A stretch of 64,000 nt of DNA from an uncultured Gemmatimonadaceae bacterium (GCA_963817955.1 CAWFQK010000002.1:992001-1056000); one strand, 5' to 3'; counted from the stretch's first letter, positions 8,014-18,421 are shown. Notes: generated by a model not told the origin, from the letters alone. Numbers and translations are program-made.

Positions 8014-9243
8014 CTAGACCACCTCCGCCAGCTCGGTCCGCCGAATGAACACCCAATAGGAGTAGATCAGCATGATCGCGGCACCGCCGCCGATCGCCCA
8101 TGACACTCCAATCACGTGCGCCACGCTGCCGGCGACGAACGAGCCGAGCACCGACGACAGGCCCACGACGACGAACGAATAGGCGGCCATCATGCGGCCG
8201 CGCAGCTCGTTGGGCGCGAGGTGCTGCAACGTCGAGTTGGACGACGCGTTGTTGACGATCATCGTAAAGCCCACCGCGAGCAATACGGGATATGCGATCG
8301 CGGCCGTGCGGACGAGCGAGAACAGGATCAGCAGCGCGGCAAATGCCAACGACCCGATGCGAAGCACCTGCCCGCGCGGCAGTCGATCGCCGATTGCCGC
8401 GAGGCATAGCGCACCGGCCAGGCCGCCGATTCCGACGCACGCCAGGAGCGCGCCATACCCGCCAGCGTTCAACCCAAGCCGGTCGCGAGCCACGACGGGC
8501 ATGAGCGTGAGGTAGGGAACGCCGAGTACGGAATACACGGTGACGAGGCGCAGCAGCGCGGCAACGGCCGGTGTGTCGCGCATGAACCGCATGCCTTCGC
8601 GAATGCCCTCGAGGGGCGACGCGAGATGCGTCGGCGGGAACCAGGCCGGCAACCGGACGAGAAACAGCCCAGCGAGAACCGTGATGTAGCTCGCGGCGTT
8701 CACACCGAAGCACCACGGCATCCCGAGTTTGGCGATGATGATCGCGCCGACGCTGGGTCCGACGACCCGCGCCAGATTGAACCCACTGGAGTTCACCGCG
8801 ATTGCGCCCGGCAGGTCTTCGCGACCGACGAGCTCGACGACGAGGGATTGTCGAGCCGGGATCTCGAACGCGCTGATCATCCCGTTGGCGGTCGCCAACA
8901 CGAGCAGCCAACCGATCGTGACGTGTCCCGACCAGGTCACCCACCAGAGCGTCGCCGCCTGAATGCCAAGCAGCATCTGCGCTATGCGGACGATCCGAAG
9001 CTTGTCGCTCCGATCCACCAGCACGCCCGCCGGCAGCGAGAACAGCAGAATGGGCAATGACTGCGCTGCCGCGACGAGACCGACGACGAAGGCGCTATTC
9101 GATATCTGTAACGCCAGCCACCCCTCGGCCATCGTCTGCATCCACGTGCCGATGAGCGACAGCGTCTGTCCGAACCAGAAGAGACGAAAATTCCGATGGC
9201 GGACGAGTGTGTCGAAGGGGTTGAGCGTGGGCACGCTGGACAA
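8014..9243 (-). CDS. MFS transporter (MFS_3/DUF894-like)
   Basis: RNFRLFWFGQTLSLIGTWMQ; GVLVDRSDK motif A; about 12 hydrophobic segments; start TTG 9243 or GTG 9234. Confidence 0.9.
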   Translation of the reverse strand: MSSVPTLNPFDTLVRHRNFRLFWFGQTLSLIGTWMQTMAEGWLALQISNSAFVVGLVAAAQSLPILLFSLPAGVLVDRSDKLRIVRIAQMLLGIQAATLWWVTWSGHVTIGWLLVLATANGMISAFEIPARQSLVVELVGREDLPGAIAVNSSGFNLARVVGPSVGAIIIAKLGMPWCFGVNAASYITVLAGLFLVRLPAWFPPTHLASPLEGIREGMRFMRDTPAVAALLRLVTVYSVLGVPYLTLMPVVARDRLGLNAGGYGALLACVGIGGLAGALCLAAIGDRLPRGQVLRIGSLAFAALLILFSLVRTAAIAYPVLLAVGFTMIVNNASSNSTLQHLAPNELRGRMMAAYSFVVVGLSSVLGSFVAGSVAHVIGVSWAIGGGAAIMLIYSYWVFIRRTELAEVV

Positions 9244-9311
9244 TGTAAGATGGCCTGGCGCGGCATGGCCCCATCCATGCCCCCGGCATATAGTTCCGAG
9301 AGGAGGTCCCC

Positions 9312-10592
9312 ATGCGCTACCACACCTATGGCAAGTACAACGCCGAGCTCGCCGACGCCATCGACTTGCAGTCGTTGCTCGACAAGCTAGCCGACTTCCT
9401 CCTGCAGTCCGGCTTCGCCGGCGGCGAGAATCAGTCCAACTACGGGTGGGATCCGGCAGATGAGCGCAACCGATCGCTCGATTCGCTCAAACAGGCGATT
9501 CTCGACGCGCTCACGGAGGGCGGCCAGTTCACCCCGGAAATGCTCGAAGCACTCCGCGGCGGCGACGACGAGGAAGGACAGTCCAAGCTGGCTCAGCTTC
9601 TCGATCAGCTCGTCCAGCGTTTGATCGAGGAAGGATACCTCAACGTCGAGGCACCGCCCCAGATGCCCGCCGGACATCAGCCTGTCACCGGGCCCGGCAG
9701 TCTCTCCAAGGCCGCGGCGCGCGACGTCCAGTTCAATCTCACCGAAAAGGGCATCGACTTTCTCGGCTACAAGACACTGCGCAATCTCCTTGGCTCGCTC
9801 GGCAAGTCGAGCTTCGGGAGTCACGACACCGCGTATCTTGCCACTGGTATCGAGTCAGATGGGTGGAGCAAGCCGTACGAGTTCGGCGACGTGCTGAACA
9901 TCGACGTCAACGAAACGTTGAAGAATTCACTTGCCCGCACCGGCAAGCTCGACGTGCCCATGGATCTCGATTACTGCGATCTGATGGTGCGACAGGCCGA
10001 GTACCGGTCGTCGTGCGCCACGGTCCTGATGCTCGACTGCTCCCATTCAATGATCCTGTACGGTGAGGATCGCTTCACACCGGCGAAAAAAGTCGCGCTG
10101 GCACTGACGCACCTCATTCGCACACAGTTCCCGGGCGACACACTCAAAGTCGTGTTGTTTCACGACTCGGCTGAGGAGATTCCGCTCGCCACGCTGGCGA
10201 CCGCGCAGGTGGGGCCGTACCACACCAATACCGCCGAAGGGTTGAAGCTCGCGCGTCGGTTGTTGCTGGGGCAGAAGAAAGACATGCGCCAGATCATCAT
10301 GATCACAGACGGCAAGCCGAGCGCGCTGACCATGCCGAACGGACAGATCTACAAGAATTCGTTCGGCCTCGATGCCACGGTGATTGCCCAGACGATACAC
10401 GAAGTCGCAAGCTGCCGGCGTGCGGGCATCATGATCAACACGTTCATGCTGGCGCGCGACCGCACGCTCGTGGAATTCGTCAAACGCGTGTCCGAGATCA
10501 GCCGAGGCAAGGCGTATTTCACGTCGACCATGACGCTGGGACAGTTCATACTCATGGACTTCCTCAAGCGGAAGACACGAAAGGTCAGTTAG
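9312..10592 (+). CDS. VWA domain-containing protein (partner type of ChlI-like ATPases)
   Basis: [38 protein letters not shown]. Confidence 0.9.
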   Translation: MRYHTYGKYNAELADAIDLQSLLDKLADFLLQSGFAGGENQSNYGWDPADERNRSLDSLKQAILDALTEGGQFTPEMLEALRGGDDEEGQSKLAQLLDQLVQRLIEEGYLNVEAPPQMPAGHQPVTGPGSLSKAAARDVQFNLTEKGIDFLGYKTLRNLLGSLGKSSFGSHDTAYLATGIESDGWSKPYEFGDVLNIDVNETLKNSLARTGKLDVPMDLDYCDLMVRQAEYRSSCATVLMLDCSHSMILYGEDRFTPAKKVALALTHLIRTQFPGDTLKVVLFHDSAEEIPLATLATAQVGPYHTNTAEGLKLARRLLLGQKKDMRQIIMITDGKPSALTMPNGQIYKNSFGLDATVIAQTIHEVASCRRAGIMINTFMLARDRTLVEFVKRVSEISRGKAYFTSTMTLGQFILMDFLKRKTRKVS

Positions 10593-10605
10593 CCACTCTG
10601 ATCGT

Positions 10606-11607
10606 TCAGATCTCGCCGAGCAAGACGCGGCGCAGCGTCGCAACATCGATGTTGCCGCCACAGAAGATGACGCCGACGCGTTTGCCGGCGAGCCGGTCGC
10701 GCAGTTTCTGCACACCGGCAAATCCCATGGCGCCGGCGCCTTCCACGAGGTTGTGCGTAATCGACAGAACGGTGCGCAGACCCTCCGCGATTTCCGCATC
10801 GGTTACCGTGACGAATCCGGCCAGCCCCGCCCGCAACGCCGGGAACGTGAGATCATAGGTGGAACGCGTCGCCACGCCCTCGGCAAAGGTGTCGACACGG
10901 GTGGTCGTGATGCGCTCACCGCGATGCCAGGAGTCGTGAATCGCCGCGGCGCCGGCGGCTTGCACGCCGTACACCTCGACCCGCGGCGCAAAGGCACGCG
11001 CCACTGTCATGGCGCCGACGGCCTGTGATCCTCCGCCAATGGCGATCACTAGTGCATCGATCGACGGATCCTGCTCGAGTATCTCGAGCGTCATGGTGCC
11101 GGCACCAGCGATGATGCGCGGGTCGTTGGTGGAGTGCGCCACAACGCGTCCGTGCTCGACGGCAAGTGCCTGCATCACGCCAACCGCTTCATCGTAGTCG
11201 CGTCCCTGCTCGACGACCGTCGCGCCAAGGGCGCGCATTGCGGCGTTCTTGTCCGGGTTGTTGCCCGCCGGAACGCAGATGGTTGTGGCGACATCCAGCA
11301 GGCGCCCGCCGAATGCAATGCCCTGACCATGATTGCCGGTCGACGCAGCAACAACGCCGCGTACCCGCTCGTGAGCGGTGAGCGCGGTCATGAAAGACAG
11401 CCCGTTCCGGATCTTGAAAGAATTTGTCGGCTGGTGATTCTCGTGTTTAGCGAGAATACAAATGCCGGCGCCGGCAACAGCGCTCAGTTGCGGGTATGCG
11501 CGGAACGGTGTGGGCGTGAGATATGGCGCGAGCCGTTCGCGCGCAGCAAGAACGTCATCGATCGTGATCGGCCAATCCGCGACCGGTTGGGTTGGAATCG
11601 CTGGCAT
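10606..11607 (-). CDS. PLP-dependent threonine/serine dehydratase family protein
   Basis: KHENHQPTNSFKIRNG, ASTGNHGQG, IGGGS, CGGNID. Confidence 0.9.
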   Translation of the reverse strand: MPAIPTQPVADWPITIDDVLAARERLAPYLTPTPFRAYPQLSAVAGAGICILAKHENHQPTNSFKIRNGLSFMTALTAHERVRGVVAASTGNHGQGIAFGGRLLDVATTICVPAGNNPDKNAAMRALGATVVEQGRDYDEAVGVMQALAVEHGRVVAHSTNDPRIIAGAGTMTLEILEQDPSIDALVIAIGGGSQAVGAMTVARAFAPRVEVYGVQAAGAAAIHDSWHRGERITTTRVDTFAEGVATRSTYDLTFPALRAGLAGFVTVTDAEIAEGLRTVLSITHNLVEGAGAMGFAGVQKLRDRLAGKRVGVIFCGGNIDVATLRRVLLGEI

Positions 11608-11611
11608 GGGT

Positions 11612-12646
11612 CTAGTATAGAGGAGGCGCCGTGGAAATGAGCACGGCGGTGAGGGCCACGACGAGCGCGCCGACGAGAAGCTCCGCGGTTACGGCACGCT
11701 GAAAACGTGGCTTCGTTTGCGCACCCCAGTCGGTAACCACGACTGAGCGCGCGTGGAACCCTCCAAAGCCGAGCATGACCAGCACGCCCGCCAGCTTCAG
11801 CAACAGTATCCGACCGTATCCGGTCAACCAGAGGTCGCTCAACGCCGGTAGCCTCAGCCACATCGCGATGGCACCGGAGACGAAAACCAACGCCACGCAT
11901 TCCAGTGCCGCGGAGTGAAAGGCGCGTACGAGCCGCGCCCCGGCAGCAGCGCGCTCGGCGACCTCCAGCGGGCGAAGCGCCGGCAGTCCGCAGAGCAGAA
12001 CGGCCACGAGACCGCCCAGCCAACCACCCGCGCCCAGGATGTGCCCGACGTCGTCGGCCACGGCGAGCGAGAAATGCCGGGACATGACCCCCGCATGGCC
12101 AGTGAGCGTTTCGCCAAGACAGACGCCCACTACACCGATCCCGGCAGCGAACCAGCCGACGCGCCCGCGACGCGCGGCGAACAATCCGACGGCTGCAATC
12201 CCCGCCCCGGCAATTCCGACGAGCCATCCATGTCCCCACGACGTGTCATGCACGACCGTTACGACGGCAGTCGTACGTTGCACTACCGCATTCACGGCAG
12301 GTGTCGTCCGCGCCATGAGGCGCAGGACCGACGTTATGAGGAAGAGCACGATTGCGGCCTGCCCCATTCGCCTCGCGCGCTCGGTGCTGTCCTCGGCGAT
12401 CTCGGCTGTCCACTTCGCCTCGGCGAGCACGAATAGTCTGTACATCACGACACCGACCAGCGTGAGCACAGCCATCCACTCGGCCCACCGCCCCGCTGTG
12501 CTCACACCCACCACAGCGAACGGCTGCACCACGGAATTCGGTAGAGATGCTTGTGCGCCTGCCTCCGGAGCCGGGGTAGCCATCACCGCCAGGGCCGCGA
12601 AAACGACACGCACAACTCGAGTAAGAATAGGAGTAGGCACGGACAT
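11612..12646 (-). CDS. CopD family copper-resistance membrane protein
   Basis: TLTGHA, HILGAGGWLGGL, LTGYGRILLLKL. The upstream ORF extension is REP-derived. Confidence 0.75.
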   Translation of the reverse strand: MSVPTPILTRVVRVVFAALAVMATPAPEAGAQASLPNSVVQPFAVVGVSTAGRWAEWMAVLTLVGVVMYRLFVLAEAKWTAEIAEDSTERARRMGQAAIVLFLITSVLRLMARTTPAVNAVVQRTTAVVTVVHDTSWGHGWLVGIAGAGIAAVGLFAARRGRVGWFAAGIGVVGVCLGETLTGHAGVMSRHFSLAVADDVGHILGAGGWLGGLVAVLLCGLPALRPLEVAERAAAGARLVRAFHSAALECVALVFVSGAIAMWLRLPALSDLWLTGYGRILLLKLAGVLVMLGFGGFHARSVVVTDWGAQTKPRFQRAVTAELLVGALVVALTAVLISTAPPLY

Positions 12647-12676
12647 AGATTGGTCGGTACGGGGCCACCACGCAAA

Positions 12677-12789
12677 CCGGCCGGCCCGCCGGTCACAGAG
12701 ATCCTTCGCTTTGCTCAGGATGACAGGCATCTCTCGTCCCGTGTCCCGTGTCCCGTGTCCCGTGTCCCGTGTCCCGTGTCCCGTGTCTC
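12677..12789. repeat. Mosaic repeat cluster: fragment of the 100-bp element + REP-like palindrome + 7 GTCCCGT heptamers
   Basis: ccggccggcccgccggtc; cagagatccttcgctttgctcaggatgacaggc (12696-12728); (gtcccgt)n 12735-12789. Confidence 0.9.
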
Positions 12790-12802
12790 AAGCCCGTCCC
12801 CC

Positions 12803-13489
12803 ATGCCCCCTCAGATCGACCCGACTATCCGATCTGACTTCGGACGGCGGCTCAGGGCCTGGTACCGCCGCAACGGACGCGATCTCCCCTGGCGTCGAAC
12901 GCGCGATGCATACGAAGTCCTCGTCTCTGAGCTCATGCTGCAGCAGACGCAGGTTTCGCGCGTCGTGTCGTACTATGGCGAGTTTCTCGAGCGTTTCCCG
13001 ACGTTGGCAGATGTAGCGCGCGCTCGACCGGCAGCCGTCATGGAAGCCTGGGAGGGCCTGGGCTACTACGCGCGGGCGCGGAATCTTCATCGCCTGGCGC
13101 GCGAGGTCACCGACGACGGCCGGAAACCGAACGGCACGCTTCCGGCCGAGCCAATGGCCCTGCGGGCGTTGCCAGGCATCGGAGCATACACGGCGGGAGC
13201 GGTAGCGTCGTTCGCATATGAGCGTCGGGCGGCGCTCGTCGACACGAACGTCGCACGGGTGCTCAGGCGCGTGTTCGCGCCGTCAGCCAAGGTGGCGACG
13301 ACGAAAGGTCGCCGCGTTCTATGGGAGATCGCCGAATCCATCCTCCCGCGGACGGGCCGAGCGACGTGGACGCACAACCAGGCGCTCATGGAGCTGGGCG
13401 CTCTGGTTTGCACGGCGAGGGTGGCGCATTGCGGCCGGTGTCCAGTCCGGTCGGTGTGCCGTTCGGCACCGAAACTCTCGAAGGTCTAA
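12803..13489 (+). CDS. mutY: A/G-specific adenine glycosylase MutY, short form (catalytic domain only)
   Basis: RDLPWR, VSELMLQQTQV, WEGLGYYARARNLH, HhH LPGIGAYTAGAV, VDTNVARV, C-x6-C-x2-C-x5-C FeS motif. Confidence 0.9.
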   Translation: MPPQIDPTIRSDFGRRLRAWYRRNGRDLPWRRTRDAYEVLVSELMLQQTQVSRVVSYYGEFLERFPTLADVARARPAAVMEAWEGLGYYARARNLHRLAREVTDDGRKPNGTLPAEPMALRALPGIGAYTAGAVASFAYERRAALVDTNVARVLRRVFAPSAKVATTKGRRVLWEIAESILPRTGRATWTHNQALMELGALVCTARVAHCGRCPVRSVCRSAPKLSKV

Positions 13490-13552
13490 AACTCGTAGGT
13501 TTGTTCTGGAGTGCATGGCTAGAGCCACCGAGTGCAATAGAGGGGAGAGATT

Positions 13553-13873
13553 ATGGTGGATCCGAGGTCGGTTCAAGCGATGGAAGAGATGATGGTCTTC
13601 TTCGGCTGCATGGGGGGCCTGACCTCGCTCACAGTGCTCGGCGCCATGTGGATACGGCGCCGCGACCGTGCCGGTGTCGGCACCTCGGCGGTCGTTCAGC
13701 GCCTGGACGAAGTCGTAGAACGGTTGGCTCGACTGGAGAACTCGGTGGATTCCAGCGCGCTGGAGATAGAGCGGATTTCGGAGGGACAGCGCTTTACCAC
13801 CAAGCTGCTGGCCGAGCGATCCGAGGCTGGGCCATTGGACCGTCCGAAGGCTGGAGGAATCGCGCCGCGGTAG
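13553..13873 (+). CDS. Small membrane-anchored hypothetical protein with coiled-coil tail
   Basis: GAGGGGAG RBS; one TM segment; RLARLENSVDSSALEIERISEGQRFTTKLL. Confidence 0.7.
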   Translation: MVDPRSVQAMEEMMVFFGCMGGLTSLTVLGAMWIRRRDRAGVGTSAVVQRLDEVVERLARLENSVDSSALEIERISEGQRFTTKLLAERSEAGPLDRPKAGGIAPR

Positions 13874-14120
13874 ACTTGGAGCGCGGCCGTTTTTCGTAGG
13901 GGGATCTTGCGCCGAAAAGCCAGTATTCGCCGTACGCAGGCGCCTGGGTTTGCAGAATGTCGCGGGAGACCCTATCGGGCTAGATTCCCCGCACGCTCCC
14001 GACCGGGCGATGTTGCGCCTTTCTATATCCACGGGCGCGACTCATCTACTCGCATACCGCGACGTCGGGAGGTGCAGGCCAATGGCGACCATCGTTACGC
14101 AGGTCTACGGAGACAGCAGC

Positions 14121-15515
14121 ATGAGCAAGACCCAACCTGAGCAGACGTCCACAGCGCCGTCAGGCGATCTTACGAACACTGGCACGCTCGAGATTACCGA
14201 TTCTCGTACGAAGAAAGCCTACTCCATCCAGATCGTGCAGGGCGGCGTCGAAGGCGACACCGTAACGCGCGCCATGGACCTTCGGCAGATCAAGACGTCG
14301 CCAAACGAATTTGGCTTGATGACGTACGACCCCGCCTTCATGAACACCGCCTCGTGCAAGAGCGCGATCACGTTCATCGACGGCGACAAGGGCATTCTGC
14401 GCTATCGCGGATATCCGATCGAGCAACTCGCGGAGAAGTCCACGTTTCTCGAAGTCGCGTGGCTCCTGCGTAATGGCGAGCTGCCGACGCAGCCCGAATA
14501 CAACTCGTGGGTGAACGACATCACGTACCACACGTACGTGCACGAGAACATCAAGAGCTTTCTGCAGGGATTCCGGTACGATGCGCATCCGATGTCGATG
14601 CTCTGCTCCGCCGTCGCGGCGCTGTCATCGTTCTACCCGGAAGCAAAGAACATCCAGGATCCCGATCAGCGAAACATCTCGATCATTCGTCTCCTGGCCA
14701 AAATGCCGACCCTCGCGGCGTTCTGTTACCGCCACATCAAGGGTCTGCCGTTCATCTACCCCGACAACAGCCTGAGCTACACCGAGAACTTCCTCTCGAT
14801 GGTGGCGCGGATGTCGGAGTCGAAGTACGAGGGCAACCCGGTATTCGTGAAGGCGTTGGAGATCCTGTTCATCCTGCACGCCGACCACGAACAGAACTGC
14901 TCGACGAACGCAGTGCGCGCCGTCGGATCGTCGCATGTCGATCCGTTCTCGGCCGTGGCTGCCGGCGTGGCAGCGCTGTACGGTCCGTTGCACGGCGGTG
15001 CGAACGAGCAGGTGCTCCGCATGATCAGCGAGATCGGACACCCGAAGAACGTTCCCGCCTTCATCGACGAAGTGAAGGGTGGAAAGGGCAGCCGGCTCAT
15101 GGGCTTCGGCCACCGCGTGTACAAGAGCTACGACCCTCGCGCCAAGATCGTGAAGAAGCTCGCCGACGAAGTCTTCAAGGTAGTCGGCTTGGATAAGGAT
15201 CTCGAGATCGCGCTCGAGCTGGAGCGGATCGCGCTGTCCGACGACTACTTCGTGTCGCGCAAGCTCTATCCGAACGTGGACTTCTATACGGGCCTCATCT
15301 ACCGGTCCATGGCCTTCCCGACCGACTTCTTCACCGTGCTGTTCGCGGTGGCGCGCACGTCGGGCTGGCTCGCGCAATGGGAAGAGCTGCTCAACGACAA
15401 GGAGCAGAAGATCGCTCGTCCGCGGCAGATCTACGTCGGGTATGGCGAGCGCCCGTACGAAACCAAGCTCAACGAGCGTTTTCCGCGGGCAAACAAGGAC
15501 GCGATCCGGAAATAG
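14121..15515 (+). CDS. gltA: Citrate synthase
   Basis: GGAGA RBS; YDPAFMNTASCKSAITFIDG, LHADHEQNCST, GPLHGGAN, LMGFGHRVYK, YPNVDFY. Confidence 0.97.
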   Translation: MSKTQPEQTSTAPSGDLTNTGTLEITDSRTKKAYSIQIVQGGVEGDTVTRAMDLRQIKTSPNEFGLMTYDPAFMNTASCKSAITFIDGDKGILRYRGYPIEQLAEKSTFLEVAWLLRNGELPTQPEYNSWVNDITYHTYVHENIKSFLQGFRYDAHPMSMLCSAVAALSSFYPEAKNIQDPDQRNISIIRLLAKMPTLAAFCYRHIKGLPFIYPDNSLSYTENFLSMVARMSESKYEGNPVFVKALEILFILHADHEQNCSTNAVRAVGSSHVDPFSAVAAGVAALYGPLHGGANEQVLRMISEIGHPKNVPAFIDEVKGGKGSRLMGFGHRVYKSYDPRAKIVKKLADEVFKVVGLDKDLEIALELERIALSDDYFVSRKLYPNVDFYTGLIYRSMAFPTDFFTVLFAVARTSGWLAQWEELLNDKEQKIARPRQIYVGYGERPYETKLNERFPRANKDAIRK

Positions 15516-15516
15516 T

Positions 15517-15550
15517 CACGGGACACGCAGAACGGAACACGGGACGCGGG
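15517..15550 (+). repeat. Degenerate GGGACAC heptamer run
   Basis: cacgggacacgcagaacggaacacgggacgcggg immediately after the gltA stop. Confidence 0.7.
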
Positions 15551-15556
15551 AAGAGT

Positions 15557-15595
15557 GAAAACCGGGGCGACCGCGTCGCCCCGGTTTTCGTTTGC
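15557..15595 (+). terminator. Intrinsic terminator after gltA
   Basis: gaaaaccggggcgac-cgc-gtcgccccggttttc then gtttg. Confidence 0.85.
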
Positions 15596-15624
15596 TGTAT
15601 GCGTACGCGATATTGATCCCTGTG

Positions 15625-17781
15625 ATGAAGACACTCACAGCGCTGATCGCTCTCGTCCTATGCGCCGCTCGACTCGGCGCGCAGGCGTCGCTGCCGAAGT
15701 ACCCACCGGCCGTCCGCGGCGCGCAGAGCGACGATCTGAACGGCGTTCGTGTCGCCGATCCATACCGCTGGCTCGAGAACCTATCGTCGCCGGAAGTGCG
15801 CACGTGGATTACCGCGGAGAATGCCGCGACGGAGGCGTTCATCGCCCAGACGCCTCGGCGGAAGGAGATCCGAGATCTCGTACGTCGTGCGTGGGACACT
15901 CCTCGAACTGGCGTGCCATTCGCCGGCGGAGACCGCCTGTTCTACTATCAGAGCGACGGTCTGGAAAACCAGCCCGTGCTCTACGTTCAGGACCGCACCG
16001 AACTGTCGCCGCGCGTTCTGATCGATCCGAACACGTTCTCGCCGGAGGGCCTGATAGCAATCGTCGACCAGTCGCCGGCGCCGGACGGCAAGTATCTCGC
16101 CTACGCCGTATCCAAGCAGGGGTCCGCGTGGCGAACGGTACGAATCCGCGACGTGCGCACGACCCAGGATCTCACGGACGAGTTGCAAGGCATCAAAGAT
16201 TCTCCGCTTGCGTGGACGCGCGACACCCGTGGCTTCTTCTACATCCGTTCTGATGCGGGGCGCGCGGCACTCACGACGAATCCGCTGGCGCCGGACGGCC
16301 GCCAGCAGGTGTTCTATCACCGGCTCGGGCGCCCGCAGACCGACGATCGGTTGATGTATGAGAATGCCGCACACCCCGAGTGGCGGCTCCACGTGGATGT
16401 GAGTGACGACGGCCAGTATCTGGTGATCGCGGCGCGTGTCGGCACCGATGCGAACAACCGGCTGTACCTGATCGATCTGGACAATCCAGGGCACCCCAAC
16501 CTCGCCGCCCCACTCGTCACCCTGTTCGATGGAGCCGATGCGCTCTACGAGTTCGCGGGCAGCGCCGACCAGCTGTTCTTCATTCGCACGACGCGTCACG
16601 CCCCACGCGGCCGGCTGGTCGCCGTCGACATCAACATGCCCGATGAGGACCATTGGACGACCGTGGTGCGCGAGACCTACGATCCGCTCATTGCCGCTCA
16701 CCGCGCGGATGATCGCATTGTGGCGCACCGGCTGCACGACGCACGATCGGTGCTCGAGCTCTATGGCTTCGACGGCGGACTGCGCGGCATCGTTCCACTA
16801 CCGGGGCTCGGAACCGTCACTGAAATATCCGGCCGTGAGAGCGACCGCGAGTTCTACTTCGGCTACACATCGTTTCTTCAGCCGATGACAATCTTCCGCT
16901 ACAGCAGCGACGCACGCGCCGCTGCGCCATTCCGGAACGTCCGTCCCGACACCGCGCTCGCCGACTTCGAAACCACGCAGCTTTTTTTCACCGCCAAGGA
17001 TGGGACGCGCGTGCCCATGTTCATCACGGCACGCCGCGGACTGCCGCTCGACGGTAGCCATCCGGCAATCTTGGCGGCGAGCGGTGTCGATGACGGTGGC
17101 GTCGGATTCAACGCCGTGGCGACTCCTGAGTTCTCGCCAAGGGTGGCGGCATGGCTCCAGCTTGGAGGCATCTACGCCGTGGCCAACGTGCGCGGTGGAT
17201 GGGAGTATGGCCGCGCGTGGCAGGAGAGCGGTATCGGGCATCACACACAGGTTAGCATCGATGATTTCCTGAGCGCCGCCGAGTTCCTCGTCGACCGGCG
17301 GTACACGAAGACAGCCTTCTTGTCGATTGCCGGCCGTGGCACCGGTGGGGTGCTGGTTGGAGCGGCGCTCACGCAGCGCCCAGAGCTGTTCGCCGCGGCA
17401 TGGATCGACGCCGGGGTATTCGACATGACGCGGTTCAATCGATTCACGGTGGGAGCGTCGTGGATTCCGGAGTTCGGGTCGCCCGACCGTCCCGATGACC
17501 TCCGCGTTCTACTCGCCTACTCCCCACTCCAGAACGTCCGAGCGGGGACGCGGTTTCCCGCCACACTCCTGACCGTCGGGGATCACGATGAAGTCGTGAC
17601 ACCGGCGCACAGCCTCAAATTCGCGGCGGCGCTCCAATGGGCGCAGGCGGCACCAGCGCCAGTGCTCCTGCACGTCGTCTTCGACGCCGGGTTCGGCCCA
17701 GGCACTCCCACGGCGATGCAGATCGCGCGCGACACGGACGTCTTGTCGTTCCTCTCGAGCGCCTTACACCTCTCGCGATGA
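15625..17781 (+). CDS. Secreted prolyl oligopeptidase (S9A) homologue, apparently catalytically inactive
   Basis: Signal peptide; VADPYRWLE; KDGTRVPMFI; ANVRGGWEYG; the GGSNGG position reads GRGTGG and the AGHG position reads AGFG. Confidence 0.85.
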   Translation: MKTLTALIALVLCAARLGAQASLPKYPPAVRGAQSDDLNGVRVADPYRWLENLSSPEVRTWITAENAATEAFIAQTPRRKEIRDLVRRAWDTPRTGVPFAGGDRLFYYQSDGLENQPVLYVQDRTELSPRVLIDPNTFSPEGLIAIVDQSPAPDGKYLAYAVSKQGSAWRTVRIRDVRTTQDLTDELQGIKDSPLAWTRDTRGFFYIRSDAGRAALTTNPLAPDGRQQVFYHRLGRPQTDDRLMYENAAHPEWRLHVDVSDDGQYLVIAARVGTDANNRLYLIDLDNPGHPNLAAPLVTLFDGADALYEFAGSADQLFFIRTTRHAPRGRLVAVDINMPDEDHWTTVVRETYDPLIAAHRADDRIVAHRLHDARSVLELYGFDGGLRGIVPLPGLGTVTEISGRESDREFYFGYTSFLQPMTIFRYSSDARAAAPFRNVRPDTALADFETTQLFFTAKDGTRVPMFITARRGLPLDGSHPAILAASGVDDGGVGFNAVATPEFSPRVAAWLQLGGIYAVANVRGGWEYGRAWQESGIGHHTQVSIDDFLSAAEFLVDRRYTKTAFLSIAGRGTGGVLVGAALTQRPELFAAAWIDAGVFDMTRFNRFTVGASWIPEFGSPDRPDDLRVLLAYSPLQNVRAGTRFPATLLTVGDHDEVVTPAHSLKFAAALQWAQAAPAPVLLHVVFDAGFGPGTPTAMQIARDTDVLSFLSSALHLSR

Positions 17782-17839
17782 CGCAACGGTTCCGGCCTAC
17801 AGCCTTGCTGCGCGTTGAACGCCCGGTCACCTTTCGCGC

Positions 17840-18421
17840 ATGAGCATGCTCGCGGGCTATGCGGCGTTCGTCGCCGGCGCGAAAATAGTGTTGTTCTACG
17901 TCGGGATCGCGATGTTCCTCATCAGCGCTTTCGACTGGGCGGTGCGGACGCGGCGGATCAATCCGTTCAGTCGTTCGGCGCGTTTCTTTCGCGGGAACAT
18001 CGACCCGCTCTTGCAGCCGATAGAGCGCGTGGTCGTCCGGGCGGGCGGCGTGCCGTCGTCTGCCGCGTGGTGGGCATTCGTGGCATACATCATCGGCGCG
18101 ATCCTGCTCATTTCGCTGATGCAGTTCGCCGGGCGCATCCTGTCGCAGGTCATGTTCGGGATCAGCGCGCCATCCACCATCCCGATGCTGCTGGTCTCCT
18201 GGGGCTTTGCGTTGCTCCGCTTGGCGCTGCTGGTCCGCGTGCTGTCTTCCTGGCTTCCGATCTCGCCGTACTCGGCATGGATCCGGTGGTCATACTGGCT
18301 CACGGAGTGGATGATCGCGCCACTGCGCCGAGTCATCCCACTCATCGGCGCCATCGACATCACGCCAATCGTCGCGTGGTTTCTCTTGAGCATCATCCAG
18401 AGCGCACTCGGCGTTCCGTGA
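17840..18421 (+). CDS. yggT: YggT family membrane protein
   Basis: Two YGGT repeats; [26 protein letters not shown]. Confidence 0.85.
   Translation: MSMLAGYAAFVAGAKIVLFYVGIAMFLISAFDWAVRTRRINPFSRSARFFRGNIDPLLQPIERVVVRAGGVPSSAAWWAFVAYIIGAILLISLMQFAGRILSQVMFGISAPSTIPMLLVSWGFALLRLALLVRVLSSWLPISPYSAWIRWSYWLTEWMIAPLRRVIPLIGAIDITPIVAWFLLSIIQSALGVP

Noticed and set aside
12551..12802. N-terminal extensions of mutY, the CopD gene and the methyltransferase (VPCPVSR or GHGTRDT repeats)
   Set aside because: These are translations of intergenic heptamer and REP repeats; family homology starts at downstream ATGs.
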